From Candidatus Marinacidobacterales bacterium (lineage in GTDB: Bacteria; Acidobacteriota; Vicinamibacteria; Marinacidobacterales; SMYC01), in contig OZ250169.1 of the NCBI GenBank assembly GCA_965237955.1, positions 3,936,001 through 4,000,000 on the forward strand: 64,000 nucleotides of DNA, given 5' to 3'. Below, piece after piece: positions 61,202-64,000 of the stretch. Under the pieces are notes generated by a model. That model ran no database searches, was not told the DNA's origin, and worked only from the letters and a program-made list of their open reading frames with translations. The position numbers were made by a program, and so were the translations under genes. Position 1 is the stretch's first letter. Each line of letters begins with the position of its first letter.

Positions 61202-61256
61202 CCTAATGAAGGATGGTACACTGCTTCGCTAATCGGGAAAGATTCTCCGGCGGCTG

Positions 61257-62213
61257 CTACGGTAGATAACGCTTGGGATACTTCGCGACGACCGTATAGG
61301 CGGGGTCGACGATGTTGGCCACGGTGTTCTCGGCAAGCTGCCCGAGAAGCGCATACGCGTCCAAGCGGTCGAAACCATAATCCGCCTGGAGCCATTCGAC
61401 CAGCTCTACGTGCGCCAGACGGAAGGCATCGATGAGAGGCCGTGCGCTCCCCGCCACCATGATGTAGTCGTCGTCCTCGAGGCGCGGCCAGTCGATCGTC
61501 TTGCCCTTGATGAGGTCGATCCGGAGCTCGACGTCCATCGACGTTTCAAGGCCGGTGCCGCCAACCTCGCCTTCACCCTGCCGCGCGTGACCGTCGCCGA
61601 AATAGAAGTAAGCGCCGTCGTGAAAAATCGGAAGATAGACCGTCGTACCTTCGCGTACTTCGGGGGCATCCATGTTTCCCCCGAAGTCCCCGGGCCATAA
61701 TCCGCCGAAGGCCTCCTCGCCACGCGGCGCGACCGCGACCCGTCCGAGCATGGGTTGTAGATCGACGGTAATGGACCCCATGCGGCTACCGGGAAGCTCG
61801 GTGGTTCCGGTCATTTCTTCTCGATCGAGCCGCCAGACGTAGCGGCGCTGCCCGATCGGATCGGCGAGAAATCGTACCCGGCTCTCGCCCGCGAGCCCCC
61901 CGAACGAGGACGAAACCTGGGCGGCAGCGATAGTGTGATTGGGCCGGACTTTCAACACCTCCACCACGAGCGTGTCTTCCGTAGTCGCGCCCTCGATGTA
62001 GAACGGACCGACCTCGCCCGGAAAGGCGCCGCCCTGCTCGGTGTAGTAGGGCCCCATCATCGTGTTGGAAACGAGGATCGTGTTCGGCCGAATGCGCAGG
62101 ACGGGCTCGCGCACCGCGAACGTCGGGTAGCCGATTTCGGGCGTGAACTCGACACGCTCCTGCGCTGCCGCGCCCGCGGCGACGAGAAGAATGGTCCACA
62201 AAGGCATACGCAT
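61257..62213 (-). CDS. Acetamidase/formamidase family protein
   Basis: GPFYIEGA, FGGNMD, GDGHARQGEGE. Confidence 0.88.
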   Translation of the reverse strand: MRMPLWTILLVAAGAAAQERVEFTPEIGYPTFAVREPVLRIRPNTILVSNTMMGPYYTEQGGAFPGEVGPFYIEGATTEDTLVVEVLKVRPNHTIAAAQVSSSFGGLAGESRVRFLADPIGQRRYVWRLDREEMTGTTELPGSRMGSITVDLQPMLGRVAVAPRGEEAFGGLWPGDFGGNMDAPEVREGTTVYLPIFHDGAYFYFGDGHARQGEGEVGGTGLETSMDVELRIDLIKGKTIDWPRLEDDDYIMVAGSARPLIDAFRLAHVELVEWLQADYGFDRLDAYALLGQLAENTVANIVDPAYTVVAKYPKRYLP

Positions 62214-62291
62214 GGCTTGACCTCCTAGCGCTTTCGTTGCGGCAGCAACCAGAGAACGAATTCTACTTCCCGGTACGCTTTGTCCCACGAA

Positions 62292-62700
62292 AAGGATAGG
62301 AAATTTCAAAGCCCGCCCGGCGTGTTCCACTGCAGTTTCTCCAGCTTGAACGAGGTGACGACACCTCACTAAATGTCGGTGACACTAGCAAAGAGTACGG
62401 AGCAAGACAAGCCGGTTTTCGGAAGACGACAACGGTAGCCTGCCGTGAGCGACGCGGCGGAGTTCTGCAGTATGACTATCGTGCCGCTCCCGTCGTAGAC
62501 GACTGGGCTCGGTGCGTAGCCGCCGACCCCGCCGAGCCGTGCCGTTGGGCAGAGGGCTGGCCCGCGCGAAGCGTGGGCATCTCCAAGGCGCTGCCTGGTG
62601 GATCTCAGTTAGGGTGCGGAGGGGTTCTGAGCGGCGCGAGAACTCCGTGTAAATCTTTGACTTCACAGGCGGACGGGTATTGACGAGGGACAGGGGAGAT
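62292..62700 (-). mobile_element. Degenerate IS91/ISCR-family relic with oriIS-like end, copy B
   Basis: Minus strand ends GCTTTGAAATTTCCTATCC; an HGVLAP-encoding stretch lies at ~62635-62652. Confidence 0.5.
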
Positions 62701-62741
62701 GCCAGTTGACGAACGGTTAGTGGCGGGGTAACGATGCGCAG

Positions 62742-64000
62742 ATGATGGCCTTCGTGTTTTTGTCGTTACTCTCGACCGTCGCGCCTTTCGACGTCGTTCA
62801 GTCCGAGCACAGCCTGATGATCCCCATGCGCGACGGTGAGCGGCTCGCGACGGACGTTTTTCGCCCCGCGCGCGACGGACAAGTCCTCGACGAGAAGCTT
62901 CCGGTGCTTCTCCAACGCACGCCGTACGACAAGACGGGGCGATCGCTCGTGGAGCGGGCCAAGTATTTCGCTTCGCACGGCTACGTCGTGGCGCTTCAGG
63001 ATCTGCGGGGCACCTACGCGTCCGAGGGCGAGTTCACGAAGTACATTGGCGAAGGTCAGGACGGCTACGACGCCATCGAGTACCTCGCGAAGCTTCCTTA
63101 CAGCAATGGCCAGGTGGGCATGTGGGGAACGTCGTACGCCGCTCACGTTCAGGCGAACGCCACGAAGCTGAGACCACCTCACCTCGCCGCGATCGTTCTC
63201 AACATGGGCGGCATGTCGAACGGCTGGGACCACAAGATTCGCAATCACGGCGCTTTCGAGCTGCAGCAGCTCACGTGGGCGTTCCGTCAGCTCCACAACG
63301 AGACGAAGGACCCCATCGTGAAAAAAAGCCTCGAGCTCGAGCCGGTGGACAAGTGGCTCTATGCGCTCCCGCTGAGAAAGGGCCTCAACCCTCTGTCCGT
63401 CGCGCCCAACTTCGAGGACTACATCCTCACGATGATGAGAAGCGGCGACTACGACGAGTACTGGCAGCACCACGACATCAACTGGCAGGAGCACTACGAC
63501 GAGACGGCGGACATCCCGATGGTACTCGTGTCGGGCTGGTACGATTCCTACGCGGGCGGAACCGTTTCAAACTACGTCGAGCTCGAGAAAAGGCTGACGT
63601 CACCCGTGTCCCTCGTCATGGGTCCCTGGACTCACGGCGGCAACACCCGGAGCTATGCCGGCTACGTTTCGTTCGGTGAAGCCGCTGCGGTTTCCGACTT
63701 CCATGACGCGTTCCATCTGAGGTGGTTCGATCGCGTCTTGAAGGGCAAAACCACCGGCGATGCCGAGGCGCCCGTTCGCGTCTTCGTGATGGGAACGGGC
63801 GACGGCCACCGAGACGAAGACGGCCGCATGTTCCACGGTGGGTACTGGCGGGACACCGATTCGTGGCCGCTGCCAGGAACACGGGAGGCCCGTTTCTATT
63901 TCCGCGCGGACGGGTCGCTGTCGGAGAGCCCGCCTCGTCGCGCCGTCGCGCCCACGACCTATACGTTCGACCCCGAAGACCCGGTGCCGACCATCGGCGG
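62742..64000 (+). CDS. CocE/NonD-family hydrolase (runs off the window end)
   Basis: MIPMRDGERLATDVFRP, QRTPY, QDLRG..ASEG, WGTSY, GWYD, GPWTH. Confidence 0.9.
   Translation, partial: MMAFVFLSLLSTVAPFDVVQSEHSLMIPMRDGERLATDVFRPARDGQVLDEKLPVLLQRTPYDKTGRSLVERAKYFASHGYVVALQDLRGTYASEGEFTKYIGEGQDGYDAIEYLAKLPYSNGQVGMWGTSYAAHVQANATKLRPPHLAAIVLNMGGMSNGWDHKIRNHGAFELQQLTWAFRQLHNETKDPIVKKSLELEPVDKWLYALPLRKGLNPLSVAPNFEDYILTMMRSGDYDEYWQHHDINWQEHYDETADIPMVLVSGWYDSYAGGTVSNYVELEKRLTSPVSLVMGPWTHGGNTRSYAGYVSFGEAAAVSDFHDAFHLRWFDRVLKGKTTGDAEAPVRVFVMGTGDGHRDEDGRMFHGGYWRDTDSWPLPGTREARFYFRADGSLSESPPRRAVAPTTYTFDPEDPVPTIG

Overview
This is a GC-rich (~60-65%) bacterial window whose gene content suggests Acidobacteriota or a similar lineage (inference). 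The indicators are a DUF1592-DUF1552-ankyrin operon, PQQ/NHL/LVIVD secreted proteins, sulfatases and a relic of an 'LSPGAKLGPYEILSLLGAG' kinase. Mobile DNA is dense: two IS21 elements, an ISL3, an IS1-family and a partial IS1595 transposase, three near-identical IS5-family copies, two IS91/ISCR-oriIS-like relics, and a 3' tRNA-Asp fragment that looks like an att site. Many short gene scars and single-base frameshifts point to decay and/or long-read errors. Intact functional blocks include modABC with an HTH-PBP regulator, a multicopper oxidase operon, and a divergent sulfate-assimilation locus (cysH versus the siroheme-synthesis and sulfite/nitrite reductase genes). The most notable features missing from the ORF track are: (1) two back-to-back Cys-containing leader peptides, each followed by a terminator, in front of both sulfur-assimilation operons (a putative dual cysteine-sensing attenuator); (2) an HNH nuclease gene trailed by three copies of a 16-bp palindrome with unique spacers; (3) a UGA/SECIS-encoded ArsC-like selenoprotein; (4) an RRM gene apparently starting at AUU; (5) a 35-aa Lys-rich small protein. 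All family calls come from motif recognition by eye; no searches were run.
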